In this document: piece by piece, positions 9,948 through 19,161 of the stretch
Numbering within the stretch: the first letter of the stretch is position 1
How the letters are laid out: each line of letters starts with the position of its first letter
Source: Planctomycetota bacterium
GTDB lineage: Bacteria > Planctomycetota > PLA2
DNA length: 64,000 bases
Direction of reading: 5' to 3'
NCBI GenBank assembly: GCA_021776785.1
Contig: JAJFFF010000044.1
Coordinates: forward strand, 150,578 to 214,577
The notes under the pieces: model-generated
The model's database searches: none
Seen by the model: only the letters and a program-made list of their open reading frames with translations
What the model was told of the DNA's origin: nothing
Translations under genes and position numbers: made by a program

Positions 9948-10715
9948 ATGGCACAAGCTGGACAGGGCTGGGGAGCCCGCTTCAAAGCGCATCGAGAAAA
10001 GTTCGGGACCAAGGCCGCGGCGGAGCTCTTGGTCGATCGCGTCCTTGCGCGTCTCGTGAACTTCAACATCGAGAAACTGGTGTGGCTCGACGTCGACAAC
10101 ATCAACCCCAAGATCCAGTTCACCGAGGGGTTTGATTACCGCTTCCTTTCCGCGACCGAAGTGGCTGCGTTCGCGGCCGACCCGGACAACTGCATCGGCA
10201 TGGACTTCGTTGGTCGCGTTGACCGCGGACTCGACAAGTGCTTCGCCGCGATCGACGAAAAATCGGGTCGCTTGGCCGCCTACGGTTGGTACGCGCTCGA
10301 GTGCATCGAAGGCGATCATTGCATGGGGACCGCGCTCTCGTATCCCCGCGCGGTTGCGTACATGTACAAGGGGTTCACGCACCCCGACTTTCGCGGCAAC
10401 CGTCTGCACGGCGCCCTGATGGCCGGTGCACTTCGCGCGCTCGGCGAATTCGGGATCAAGTCTCTGGTTTCGACCGTGACGTGGACCAACCGCGCTTCGC
10501 TGCGGAGTTGCGAACGCCTCGGCTACGAAGTGATCGGCAACAACACCACGTTCTCCCTTGGCATGTCGTTCGGTTTTTATCCGAGCGAGGGCAAAAAGCG
10601 CGGCGTCCGATTCGGCACCGCGGCGGCAACGAGGGCTCCCGTCCGAATCGACATCGAACCGACCAAGGCCCCCGCCCAAAAGACCAAAGCCAAGAAGCAA
10701 CGCATCAAGAGCTAG
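9948..10715 (+). CDS. GNAT-family acetyltransferase with Lys-rich C-terminal tail
   Basis: ORF 9888-10715; start moved to ATG 9948, which is preceded by GAAAGG. Acetyl-CoA-binding-like segment HPDFRGNRLHGALMAGALRAL. Confidence 0.6.
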   Translation: MAQAGQGWGARFKAHREKFGTKAAAELLVDRVLARLVNFNIEKLVWLDVDNINPKIQFTEGFDYRFLSATEVAAFAADPDNCIGMDFVGRVDRGLDKCFAAIDEKSGRLAAYGWYALECIEGDHCMGTALSYPRAVAYMYKGFTHPDFRGNRLHGALMAGALRALGEFGIKSLVSTVTWTNRASLRSCERLGYEVIGNNTTFSLGMSFGFYPSEGKKRGVRFGTAAATRAPVRIDIEPTKAPAQKTKAKKQRIKS

Positions 10716-10826
10716 CGCGGGACCTGGCCCCACCGCAAGCGCCCCCGAACAAGCCCCCGAACGGGACCACTTCTCGACTCAATCGTTCGCAACTCTTTTC
10801 TGTGGCGTTGGTTATGGCGGTGGGTT

Positions 10827-10960
10827 GCGGGATTTTTCGCGCACTTTGGGATGGCCGAAGCGGCGTCGGCGCGGCACGCACGCCCCAAAACCCTTTCAAC
10901 ACCGGGTTTTGCCCGGCCGCCGGGACACCGTGACACACCGAAGTGCGCGAAAATTCCCGC
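10827..10960. repeat. Imperfect inverted repeat (19/20 nt arms) with nested hairpins in a convergent intergenic region
   Basis: GCGGGATTTTTCGCGCACTT (10827-10846) matches the reverse complement of AAGTGCGCGAAAATTCCCGC (10941-10960) with one mismatch. The 94-nt spacer contains AAAACCC/GGGTTTT and CCCGGC/GCCGGG inner stems. Confidence 0.6.
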
Positions 10961-11017
10961 ACGCGATCGCTGTAACCATCTGCAAATAAAATACTTACAG
11001 AGATTACAGGCGAGAAG

Positions 11018-11057
11018 TGGTCCCGCGTTGGGTCCCGCGTTGGGGTCGCGTTCTTGG
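11018..11057. repeat. Short tandem repeat (GTCCCGCGTTGG twice plus a degenerate third copy)
   Basis: Read directly: TGGTCCCGCGTTGG GTCCCGCGTTGG GGTCGCGTTCTTGG, ending a few nt from the asnB stop codon at 11063. Confidence 0.6.
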
Positions 11058-11062
11058 GGTTT

Positions 11063-12979
11063 TTAGGTGGCGTGGTTTTTGTGCCATAGGCTGAACATCA
11101 TGAGGGTCCACAGCGCCATCGATCTCTCGCGGCCTGCTTGATGTTCGTCCCAAAGACTCTTGACAGCGTCCTGTCGGAAGTACTCTCTTGTGGCGTCGCT
11201 CTTGAGGAGCAGCTCGTACGCGTAGTCTTTTAGCTCGCCGCGCAACCACTGCGGAAGCGGAACGCCAAATCCCATCTTCGGACGATAGAGAATCTCGTTG
11301 GGGAGGAGCGACTCGAGCGATTTCTTAAAGATCCACTTCTTCTCGCCACCACGCAGCTTGAGCGACGAAGGGATGCGCGCTGCAAGCTCCATGAACTCGT
11401 GATCGAGAACGGGGCAGCGCACTTCAAGACTAACGGCCATGCTCGCGCGGTCGACCTTCGTGAGAATGTCCTCACACATGTAAGTCTTGATGTCTAAGTA
11501 GAGCAGCTTGGAGAGGTGGTCGGGCGCGTCGCACCGCTCATAGTACTCACGGAAGTAGTCGATCGTCTGGTGGCCGCGATACGCGCCGACAACACCATCC
11601 GACAAGAGTCGCCGCTTTTGCGCTTCGTCGAACGCGGCCGAGCTCGCGAAGTAAGCGGCCAACGGATCGCGCGCGAGGTTGGCGAACTTCGCCTGCCCCT
11701 TGCCGAACGGACGGAGAAGGGTGCGCATGCCTCCAAACACCAGTCCACGCATGAAACCGGGCACCATGCTGCGCATGCGGTTTTCCGCAGCGTCGACCGC
11801 GTAGCGACGATAGCCGGCAAAGTTCTCGTCGCCGCCGTCTCCGGAAAGCGCGACGGTGACAGTCCGGCGTGCAGTCTGTGAAACATAGAACGTGGGAACC
11901 GCCGACGAGTCTGCGAACGGCTCGTCGTAGTGCCAAGCAAGCTTTTCGATGATCGAAAGCGCATCCGGATCGACCGAGTACTCGCTGTGATCGGTCTCGA
12001 ACTTCTGCGCGACCATGCGGGCGTACTCGACTTCGTTGTACTCCGCTTCATTAAACGCGATCGACGTGGTCTTGACGCGGTCGGACGAAAGCCCGGCCAT
12101 CAAACCCACAACCGCCGACGAATCCACGCCGCCGCTCAAAAACGCGCCGAGCGGAACTTCGCTCATCATGCGAATGCGAACGGCCTCGCGCAGTTTCGCT
12201 ACGATCTCTTCGCCAAGGTCATCCGGCGACCGATCGGTCTGCTCGGCAAACGAGAGGTCCCAGTAAGGCTGCACACGCACGTCGTCTTTCGTGACGACCG
12301 CGTAGTGCCCGGCGGGCAACTTACGCACGACTTTAAAGATCGATTTCGGCGCCGGCACGTACAGGAGCGACAGGTAGTCGCTGAGTGCGGTCGGATCGAT
12401 TTCGCGCGAAACGCCGGGCGCCGCGAGGATCGCTTTGATCTCCGACCCAAACAAAAAACGCCCGTCGCTCTCGGCGTAGTAGAGCGGTTTCTTGCCGAGC
12501 CGATCGCGCGCCAAGAACAGAACCTGCTGACGCTCATCCCAAACCGCGAGCGCAAACATGCCGCGCAAGCGCGCCGCGAGCGCCTCGCCCCACTCCTCCC
12601 ACGCATGCACGATCGTTTCCGTGTCGCTGTTGGTGCGAAACGTGTGGCCGAGCCCCTCGAGCTCCTCTTTTAAGTCCGCGAAGTTATAGATCTCGCCATT
12701 GAACGAGATCCAAACGCGCCCGTCTTCGTTGGCAAGGGGCTGCTGACCGGTCTTGAGATCGATGATCGATAGGCGCCGATGCCCGAGCCCGACATGACCC
12801 GCGCCGTCGGCGCCCGCCAGTCCACGCAGGGGCACGTCCGGCCCTTTAGGCTCCGAACGGTTAACAAAGTAGCCCTCTTCATCCGGCCCGCGGTGTTCCA
12901 GCGTCCGCGTCATCGCGACGAGTACGCCAACGTCCACGGGACGCAGATCGCGCGCAAAGTAACCGGCGATTCCGCACAC
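11063..12979 (-). CDS. asnB: Asparagine synthase (glutamine-hydrolysing), exosortase-A-associated amidotransferase type
   Basis: 638 aa. MCGIAGYF Ntn nucleophile Cys2 and SGGVDSS PP-loop. Confidence 0.9.
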   Translation of the reverse strand: MCGIAGYFARDLRPVDVGVLVAMTRTLEHRGPDEEGYFVNRSEPKGPDVPLRGLAGADGAGHVGLGHRRLSIIDLKTGQQPLANEDGRVWISFNGEIYNFADLKEELEGLGHTFRTNSDTETIVHAWEEWGEALAARLRGMFALAVWDERQQVLFLARDRLGKKPLYYAESDGRFLFGSEIKAILAAPGVSREIDPTALSDYLSLLYVPAPKSIFKVVRKLPAGHYAVVTKDDVRVQPYWDLSFAEQTDRSPDDLGEEIVAKLREAVRIRMMSEVPLGAFLSGGVDSSAVVGLMAGLSSDRVKTTSIAFNEAEYNEVEYARMVAQKFETDHSEYSVDPDALSIIEKLAWHYDEPFADSSAVPTFYVSQTARRTVTVALSGDGGDENFAGYRRYAVDAAENRMRSMVPGFMRGLVFGGMRTLLRPFGKGQAKFANLARDPLAAYFASSAAFDEAQKRRLLSDGVVGAYRGHQTIDYFREYYERCDAPDHLSKLLYLDIKTYMCEDILTKVDRASMAVSLEVRCPVLDHEFMELAARIPSSLKLRGGEKKWIFKKSLESLLPNEILYRPKMGFGVPLPQWLRGELKDYAYELLLKSDATREYFRQDAVKSLWDEHQAGRERSMALWTLMMFSLWHKNHAT

Positions 12980-12982
12980 GGG

Positions 12983-14812
12983 TTAGACCGCCACGACCGC
13001 CGGATCCTCGTGAATCGAGAACCACTGTTCCAACATGATGAGCGTCCAAACCATGACGCCGTAGTATCCGGCGTGCCCGGTCTGATGCATCCGTTGAATC
13101 TCGTCGATGAACGCCGGCTTGACGATGCCGCGCTTCTTCAGTCGCGCAAGGCGGTCGCGCGAGAACTCCTGGAGCGGCTCGTAGGTCCGCAGCCAAACGC
13201 CAAACGGCAGACCAAAACCGTGCTTGCTCTTGGTCAGCACTTTTTGCGGCAAGAAGTCGCGCAGCGCGTGCTTAAAAAACCAACGGAGCGTCTGACCGCG
13301 CACCTTGTAGTCGATCGGAAGCCGACCAGCAAACTCCGTCAAACGGTCCGTCATGAGCGGATACGTCACGTTGACGCCGGCAAGTTCACACGAGCGATTG
13401 ACCTTCACGAGGTCGTTGTCCGCAAGCGTGATCTTGCAGTCCAAGGCCAGTTGCCGGTTGAGTTCGTCCGACGCGTCGGCGCCGTGGTACACAGCGCGCG
13501 CCATGTTGAGCGGTCCGTCGCGATCGACGCTGCTCAAGAAGCTAGGCTCGAAGATGGTGTCGGCACCCAGCGTGTTGAGAAGCGCGTAGGCATAGATCCG
13601 ATCCGGCATCGGCTGACTCGCTCTATCGATGTAGCTGCGCGCTTTGCGAATCAGGTTGATCTTCGACCCGAACGGAAAGTAGTTCGCGCCGGCGCGCACA
13701 AGGCCACGCAGAGGCTTCGGGACCGACTGCCATTTGTCGATCGTCCCGAGCGACACGTAGCGCTCATTGCCGCCAAATAGCTCGTCGCCGCCGTCCCCCG
13801 CCAGCATCGTTTCGATGCCGTCGGCGGCCGCGATTTTGCCGCAGTAGTACGTCGGCACCGCCGATTCGTTGGCAAACGGATCGGCGTGCACTGCCGAGAT
13901 GTCCTGCACGGCGCTGAGGACGTCGTCGGGCGTGACGTAGTACGTGCGGTGGTCGGTGCCGAAGTGTTCGGCCGCGCACCGCGCGTACTCCATCTCGTCG
14001 TAGCCGTCGGCTTTGAATCCGATCGAGTACGTCGGCACCTTCTCGGTCGAGAGCTCGGCCAACACGCCCGCGATGGTGGACGAATCCGTACCGCCACTGA
14101 GGAAGCATCCGACCTTGCCGGAACCGGCGCACTCGCGCACCGACTCACGCAGCTCATTACCGAACTCGCGCTCCCACTCTTCCAAGTCGCGAACTTCGGG
14201 AGCGAAGCGCGGCCGCGTCCACGTCTCCGTGCGCACGCGCCCATCTTTGAAGTGCAGGAATTCGCCGGGCAGCAAACGCCGGTGATCTTTGCGCACGGTG
14301 CGCGGCGCCGGAACCTGATGGAAAAAGAAGTACTCGTAAATCGACTGCTCATCGATCGCCGAGCGCGCACCCGGATGCGCCTGCAGGGCTGCTCCGCTCG
14401 ACGCGAACACAAGCGTGTCCCCGCGATGACAGTACACAAGCGGCCGCCGGCCCAGGCGATCGGTCGCCAGCAACACTTCGCCGCCCGACACAACCGCGAG
14501 CGCAAAGTTCCCGGTCAAACGATCCAGGACCTTCGTACCGTCTTTCACGAATCCTTCGGCGAGCACCGCCGCCGGATCGTCGACGGCTTTGCCGTCCACC
14601 CAAAGTCGACCACTCACGGCCGCACGCAGCTGGTCCCGCTCAAAAAGAGCGACCTTGCCGTGAAGGGCCGTCGCCGCTAGAGCGCCGCCGTTCCACCGCG
14701 TCTTTTTCCAATCACTTTGGTCGTAGCGGATCAACGCCTGCGACATCGCCGAGGCCACGCCATCACCGGGCGCGCTCTGGGCATACCCCGTCCACCCACA
14801 AAGTCCGCTCAT
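12983..14812 (-). CDS. Asparagine-synthase-family amidotransferase, second paralog
   Basis: ORF 12983-15010 trimmed to ATG 14812 (MSGLCGWTGY), because the upstream part overlaps the SGNH gene. SGGTDSS PP-loop present. 3-nt gap to asnB. Confidence 0.8.
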   Translation of the reverse strand: MSGLCGWTGYAQSAPGDGVASAMSQALIRYDQSDWKKTRWNGGALAATALHGKVALFERDQLRAAVSGRLWVDGKAVDDPAAVLAEGFVKDGTKVLDRLTGNFALAVVSGGEVLLATDRLGRRPLVYCHRGDTLVFASSGAALQAHPGARSAIDEQSIYEYFFFHQVPAPRTVRKDHRRLLPGEFLHFKDGRVRTETWTRPRFAPEVRDLEEWEREFGNELRESVRECAGSGKVGCFLSGGTDSSTIAGVLAELSTEKVPTYSIGFKADGYDEMEYARCAAEHFGTDHRTYYVTPDDVLSAVQDISAVHADPFANESAVPTYYCGKIAAADGIETMLAGDGGDELFGGNERYVSLGTIDKWQSVPKPLRGLVRAGANYFPFGSKINLIRKARSYIDRASQPMPDRIYAYALLNTLGADTIFEPSFLSSVDRDGPLNMARAVYHGADASDELNRQLALDCKITLADNDLVKVNRSCELAGVNVTYPLMTDRLTEFAGRLPIDYKVRGQTLRWFFKHALRDFLPQKVLTKSKHGFGLPFGVWLRTYEPLQEFSRDRLARLKKRGIVKPAFIDEIQRMHQTGHAGYYGVMVWTLIMLEQWFSIHEDPAVVAV

Positions 14813-14937
14813 AGCCCTAAATTCGTCCGATCTACGGGGCCAACTTGAACTGAATCCCCGCCCGGGCCAAAGGAAACGGCGTGGCAGCGCGTTTGCGCCC
14901 CCACGCCGTGGAGTTCTCGCGAAATTTTGGCCGCTCG

Positions 14938-16023
14938 TTACTGGAGCAGCGCTTGGAAGGCCGGCGCCGCCGCCAGCCGCTTGACGACGCGTTCCGCCAT
15001 CTTTTTGCAACCCGCATCCTTGAGGTGGACCGAGTCGTTGAAGTGCGTGTCGTCGCCGGGGATTTCAAACTCGCCGTCGATAAGGAGGACGCCCTGCTCT
15101 TTCGCCACGTCGACGATGATTTGGTTGTAGCGATCAAAACCATCCAGAAGGGCGTCGACCGTCATGTACGGCATATAGAACAAGCTCGTGTTGCACGCGT
15201 CGAGGCGCGTCTTCTCGTCCATTTCCCGCCGCACTTTCGGCGAGAATGTGATCAGCCCCACGACCGGCGCCTTTTTCTTCGCGGCCACGACCAACGCGGT
15301 GAGTCGCGTCTTGAACGCGGCCGCCGCGGCGTCAAGATCGAACTTCAATCGACCCTGCGACTCCTGCGCCATCTTCTGACGCTTGGCGACCTGCAGGTTT
15401 TTTTCGATCAGGTACCAGGTGAGCGATACGCCGGCGAACCAACTGGGGTCCTCCGCTTTGCCTTCGAACACGCCTTGAGCCTGCGCCTGTTCGCGCGAGT
15501 CCGAGCTCAGGTCGTTGGTCCCGTGATAAATCAGTAAGACGTCGGGCTGGAGCGGCGCGACGCGGCTGTTCAGGTTGGGCACCGACTGCTCCGTCGTGTA
15601 GCCCGGCACACCCGCGTTGATGTAGTCGAACGTCTTGCCCTTGTGAGCCTTGCCGAGTTCGGCGGCGACGCGGTGCGCCCACGTCGTCTCGTTCGAACTC
15701 GCTTCGGCGCAAAACGTCGTCGACGCGCCGAGAAACGCCAAGCGAATACGATCAGCCGGTTTGGGATCTTCGATATCCGCGTTGCGAAAGCCGCGCTTGG
15801 AGATCTTGATGCCGCCCGTGACGCTGTTCGGCTTGGGTATCGAAAGCCCCGTTGCCTCGTCCACGGCGTTGGCAAACACCGTCGTGTCGGTCGTCCCGTG
15901 TTTTAAATACTGCCGCACACGAACCGCGCCCTCGATGAGCAACAAGCCCACCAGGAAGACACTGAACATAAGCGCCAGCTTCTTGCCGAGACTCGTTTTC
16001 TTCTGCGTTTGGTCGTCAGACAT
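14938..16023 (-). CDS. SGNH/GDSL-family hydrolase or acyltransferase, membrane-anchored
   Basis: 361 aa with an N-terminal TM segment. Block I FLGASTT, block III YINAGVPG, block V DSVHL. Confidence 0.7.
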   Translation of the reverse strand: MSDDQTQKKTSLGKKLALMFSVFLVGLLLIEGAVRVRQYLKHGTTDTTVFANAVDEATGLSIPKPNSVTGGIKISKRGFRNADIEDPKPADRIRLAFLGASTTFCAEASSNETTWAHRVAAELGKAHKGKTFDYINAGVPGYTTEQSVPNLNSRVAPLQPDVLLIYHGTNDLSSDSREQAQAQGVFEGKAEDPSWFAGVSLTWYLIEKNLQVAKRQKMAQESQGRLKFDLDAAAAAFKTRLTALVVAAKKKAPVVGLITFSPKVRREMDEKTRLDACNTSLFYMPYMTVDALLDGFDRYNQIIVDVAKEQGVLLIDGEFEIPGDDTHFNDSVHLKDAGCKKMAERVVKRLAAAPAFQALLQ

Positions 16024-16038
16024 AAGTCGGGCGCTCGA

Positions 16039-16188
16039 TTAAAAGAGAGTGTAGATGAAGGGCGCCACGGCCGAACCCTGCACCGCAACCAGCACAATGC
16101 CGAGCAGCACGAGGAGAACGATCATGGGAACCAGCCACCACTTCTTTTCTTTCTTCATGAAGCGGAATAAGTCGGTAAGCACACTCAT
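16039..16188 (-). CDS. DUF5989-like small membrane protein (49 aa, below the ORF-track cutoff)
   Basis: My translation: MSVLTDLFRFMKKEKKWWLVPMIVLLVLLGIVLVAVQGSAVAPFIYTLF, then TAA. The KKWWL...GSAVAPFIYTLF pattern is typical of the small protein found next to carbamoyltransferase/SxtJ genes. Confidence 0.75.
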   Translation of the reverse strand: MSVLTDLFRFMKKEKKWWLVPMIVLLVLLGIVLVAVQGSAVAPFIYTLF

Positions 16189-16222
16189 GGGCTAAATCCT
16201 CTGATGGTCGCGACGAGCAACC

Positions 16223-16633
16223 TTAGAAAGGGTCCTCGTAGGACTTGGGATCGAATTCTTGCGGTAGGTCCACCCAGTAGGTGGCGAGCGCCGGATCCAG
16301 TTTACGCGTCATCGGGTCTTTGCCCGTGAGGAACAGGAACAGGCGGGTGAGCGAAACGACGGTGAAAAACACGACGCCCAAGATGATGCGCGTGTTGATC
16401 CAACCGAGAACAAGCGCGATCTTCATCCAGACGCGCTCGACCGGTGCGAGCGCGCGCGGATAGATCACAGCGAGGATCAGCAGGGGCGCGGCGATCGCGC
16501 CCAGGATCTTGCCGGCCGTCGTCTCCATGCCGGAGCGGTAGAAGAGATAGCCGGCGATGGCGCCGAACACGCCGCCGACGACGAAGCCGAACTTGCGCAG
16601 ATCTTTGTCAGTACGTTTTGTGGGGAGATGCAT
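16223..16633 (-). CDS. SxtJ-like membrane protein
   Basis: 136 aa with 3-4 hydrophobic segments, 15 nt downstream of the carbamoyltransferase. Confidence 0.7.
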   Translation of the reverse strand: MHLPTKRTDKDLRKFGFVVGGVFGAIAGYLFYRSGMETTAGKILGAIAAPLLILAVIYPRALAPVERVWMKIALVLGWINTRIILGVVFFTVVSLTRLFLFLTGKDPMTRKLDPALATYWVDLPQEFDPKSYEDPF

Positions 16634-16648
16634 GGATTCACTCCTGCC

Positions 16649-18466
16649 CTAATCGAGGGCAAACTCCTTACGCCAGTCGTGGGATTCCTCGAGCGGCGCT
16701 TGCTGGTCCTTGAGGAGGACGAAGTCATCCAACACCAAGACGTCCATTTCGGTGCGTAGGAAGCAACGGTAGGCGTCTTCCGGCGTGCACACGATCGGCT
16801 CGCCGCGGACGTTAAACGATGTATTGATGAGAATCGGGCAACCCGTGCGCGCTTCGAACGCGCGCAGCAAGTTGGAGAGGCGCGGGTTCGTGTGATCGTG
16901 GACGGTCTGTAGGCGCGCCGAGTAATCGACGTGCGTGACCGCCGGGATCTCCGAACGATTCACCTTGAGCAGTTCGATGCCTTTTTTGTGGGCGTCGCCC
17001 GGTGCAAGCTTCGTGCGCTTGTCCTCGCGAACCGGCGCCACCATGAGCATGTACGGGCTGTCCGCGTCATGATCGAACCACTCCGCCACACGCTCGCGCA
17101 ACACGATCGGGGCGAACGGTCGGAACGACTCGCGGTACTTGATCTTGAGGTTCATCGTCGTCTGCATCTCGGTATTGCGCGGATCACCGATGATCGAGCG
17201 CGCACCGAGAGCGCGAGGTCCGAACTCCATCCGACCGTGAAACCAACCCACGACCTTGCCCTGCTCCATGAGCTCGGCAACACGATCGCAAAGTTCCTTC
17301 TCGTCGTCATAGCGCTCAGCGGGAGCGTTCATCTTCTTGAGGAACGGCGCGATCTCGTCGGCCTTGTATTCCGGCCCGAGATACGAACCCTTTTGGCTGT
17401 CGAGCGGGTTCGCTTTGCGCGGCTTGCCGCAGTACTGATAGTGAGCGAGCTGCGCCGCGCCGAGCGCGCCACCGGCGTCGCCGGCTGCGGGTTGCACCCA
17501 AACGTTCTTGAACGGGCTCTCGCGGTGAATGCGGCCGTTGCCGACGCAGTTGAGCGCGACGCCGCCCGCCATCACCAAGTTGTCCTTGCCCGTGATCTCG
17601 TGAGCATGACGCGCGGTGCGCAGCATGATCTCTTCGACAACGACCTGGATCGACCGCGCCAAGTCCATCTCGCGTTGGCTGACGCGCGACTCCGGCTTGC
17701 GCGGCGGGGCGCCGAACAACTTGTGGAACTTGCGGTTGGTCATCGTGAGACCAGCGCAGTAGTTGAAGTACTTCTGGTTGAGGCGGAACGAGCCGTCCTC
17801 ACGTAAGTCGATGAGGTGTTCGTAGATTAAGTCCGCGAACTTAGGCTCGCCGTAGGGCGCCAGGCCCATGACCTTGTACTCACCCGAGTTCACGCGGAAG
17901 CCGGTGTAGTACGTGAGCGCGCTGTAGAGCAAGCCAACCGAATGCGGAAAGCGAATCTCTTTGAGCAGCTTCACGCGGTTGCCCTCGCCGACACCGATCG
18001 TCGTTGTAGACCACTCGCCCACGCCGTCGAGCGACAAGATCGCCGCCTCGTCGAAGGGCGACGGGTAAAACGCGCTGGCCGCGTGCGAAGCGTGGTGCTC
18101 GGTGTAGAGCACTTTGCCGTCGAAGCCGAGCTCCTCCTTGATGGTCTTGCCCATGTGCAGCTTTTCTTTAAGCCACAGCGGCGTCGCCTTGATGAACGAC
18201 TGAATGCCGGTCGGTGCGTGCGACGCGTACGTCTCCATGAGACGCATGAACTTGAGCATGGGCTTGTCGTAAAACACGACAAGGTCAAGCTCATTGACCG
18301 TGATCCCCGCTTCCTTCAAGCAGTAGTCGACGGCGTTCTTCGGGAACGCATGGTCGTGCTTCTTGCGGGTAAAGCGCTCTTCTTGCGCGGCGGCGATAAT
18401 CTCGCCATCGACGAGCAGCGCAGCAGCGCTGTCGTGATAGAAGGCCGAAAGTCCGAGAATCCTCAT
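16649..18466 (-). CDS. Carbamoyltransferase (NodU/CmcH family)
   Basis: 605 aa. MRILGLSAFYHDSAAALLVDGEIIAAAQEERFTRKKHD N-terminus and C-terminal NTSFNVRGEPIV motif. Confidence 0.9.
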   Translation of the reverse strand: MRILGLSAFYHDSAAALLVDGEIIAAAQEERFTRKKHDHAFPKNAVDYCLKEAGITVNELDLVVFYDKPMLKFMRLMETYASHAPTGIQSFIKATPLWLKEKLHMGKTIKEELGFDGKVLYTEHHASHAASAFYPSPFDEAAILSLDGVGEWSTTTIGVGEGNRVKLLKEIRFPHSVGLLYSALTYYTGFRVNSGEYKVMGLAPYGEPKFADLIYEHLIDLREDGSFRLNQKYFNYCAGLTMTNRKFHKLFGAPPRKPESRVSQREMDLARSIQVVVEEIMLRTARHAHEITGKDNLVMAGGVALNCVGNGRIHRESPFKNVWVQPAAGDAGGALGAAQLAHYQYCGKPRKANPLDSQKGSYLGPEYKADEIAPFLKKMNAPAERYDDEKELCDRVAELMEQGKVVGWFHGRMEFGPRALGARSIIGDPRNTEMQTTMNLKIKYRESFRPFAPIVLRERVAEWFDHDADSPYMLMVAPVREDKRTKLAPGDAHKKGIELLKVNRSEIPAVTHVDYSARLQTVHDHTNPRLSNLLRAFEARTGCPILINTSFNVRGEPIVCTPEDAYRCFLRTEMDVLVLDDFVLLKDQQAPLEESHDWRKEFALD

Positions 18467-18673
18467 CTGTCCTGGCAGCTCCCAATAAGGGGTGAAAGGG
18501 CTAGATGTTTAATGGACTAAACACCTGGCCAACCATCAGCCTCTCTCTCAATTATCGGGCCAATGCCGCCCACTCACGACTCTACGTCTCAAAACGAGAC
18601 GCTTCCATGAACAGCCCACACAAGCGCACTCCGGATGGATCGGCGAATCTGCCCGCAACCTGACGAACAAGGC

Positions 18674-18710
18674 AAAAAAAGGCCCCGGCGCGCGCTGGGG
18701 CGCCGGGGCC
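18674..18710 (-). terminator. Rho-independent terminator of hsp20
   Basis: Minus strand reads GGCCCCGGCGC-CCCAGCGC-GCGCCGGGGCC (11-bp GC stem) followed by TTTTTTT, beginning 23 nt after the hsp20 stop. Confidence 0.85.
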
Positions 18711-18732
18711 TACCGGAGAGAGTTCGGTGTTT

Positions 18733-19161
18733 TTAGGAGACGTCGATGTTGATCTTGTGCGGCTTTTGGCTCTCGGCCTTCGGCAGCGTGATCGTGAGCA
18801 CCCCGTGGCGCGATTGCGCGGTCACCTTGTCGGCGACCACTTCGCCGGGAAGGCTGACGGTGCGCGAGAACGCGCCGTAGTTGCGCTCGACGCGGCGCCA
18901 GTTGTCGCTCTCCTGCTCCACGGCCGCCGTCTTCTCGCCGGAGATTTCGAGGACGCCGTCGTGAATCGATACCGCGATCGCCTCGGGGGCGATGCCGGGC
19001 AACTCCACGTGCGTGATGTACGAATCCGGCGTTTCGACGAAGTCGAGAGCCGGAACGAGCGCCGCTCCGTTGCTCTGGGAGTCTGGAAAGAAACTCTCGA
19101 TGAACGCGCCCAGCGGGTAAGCCTGGCCGCGCGAACGAATGGGTCTGGTCAACGCGAACAT
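18733..19161 (-). CDS. Small heat-shock protein (Hsp20/alpha-crystallin family)
   Basis: 142 aa with an alpha-crystallin domain (YITHVELPGI...GVLEISGEK...RSFSRTVSLP-like...GVLTITLPK). Confidence 0.9.
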   Translation of the reverse strand: MFALTRPIRSRGQAYPLGAFIESFFPDSQSNGAALVPALDFVETPDSYITHVELPGIAPEAIAVSIHDGVLEISGEKTAAVEQESDNWRRVERNYGAFSRTVSLPGEVVADKVTAQSRHGVLTITLPKAESQKPHKINIDVS

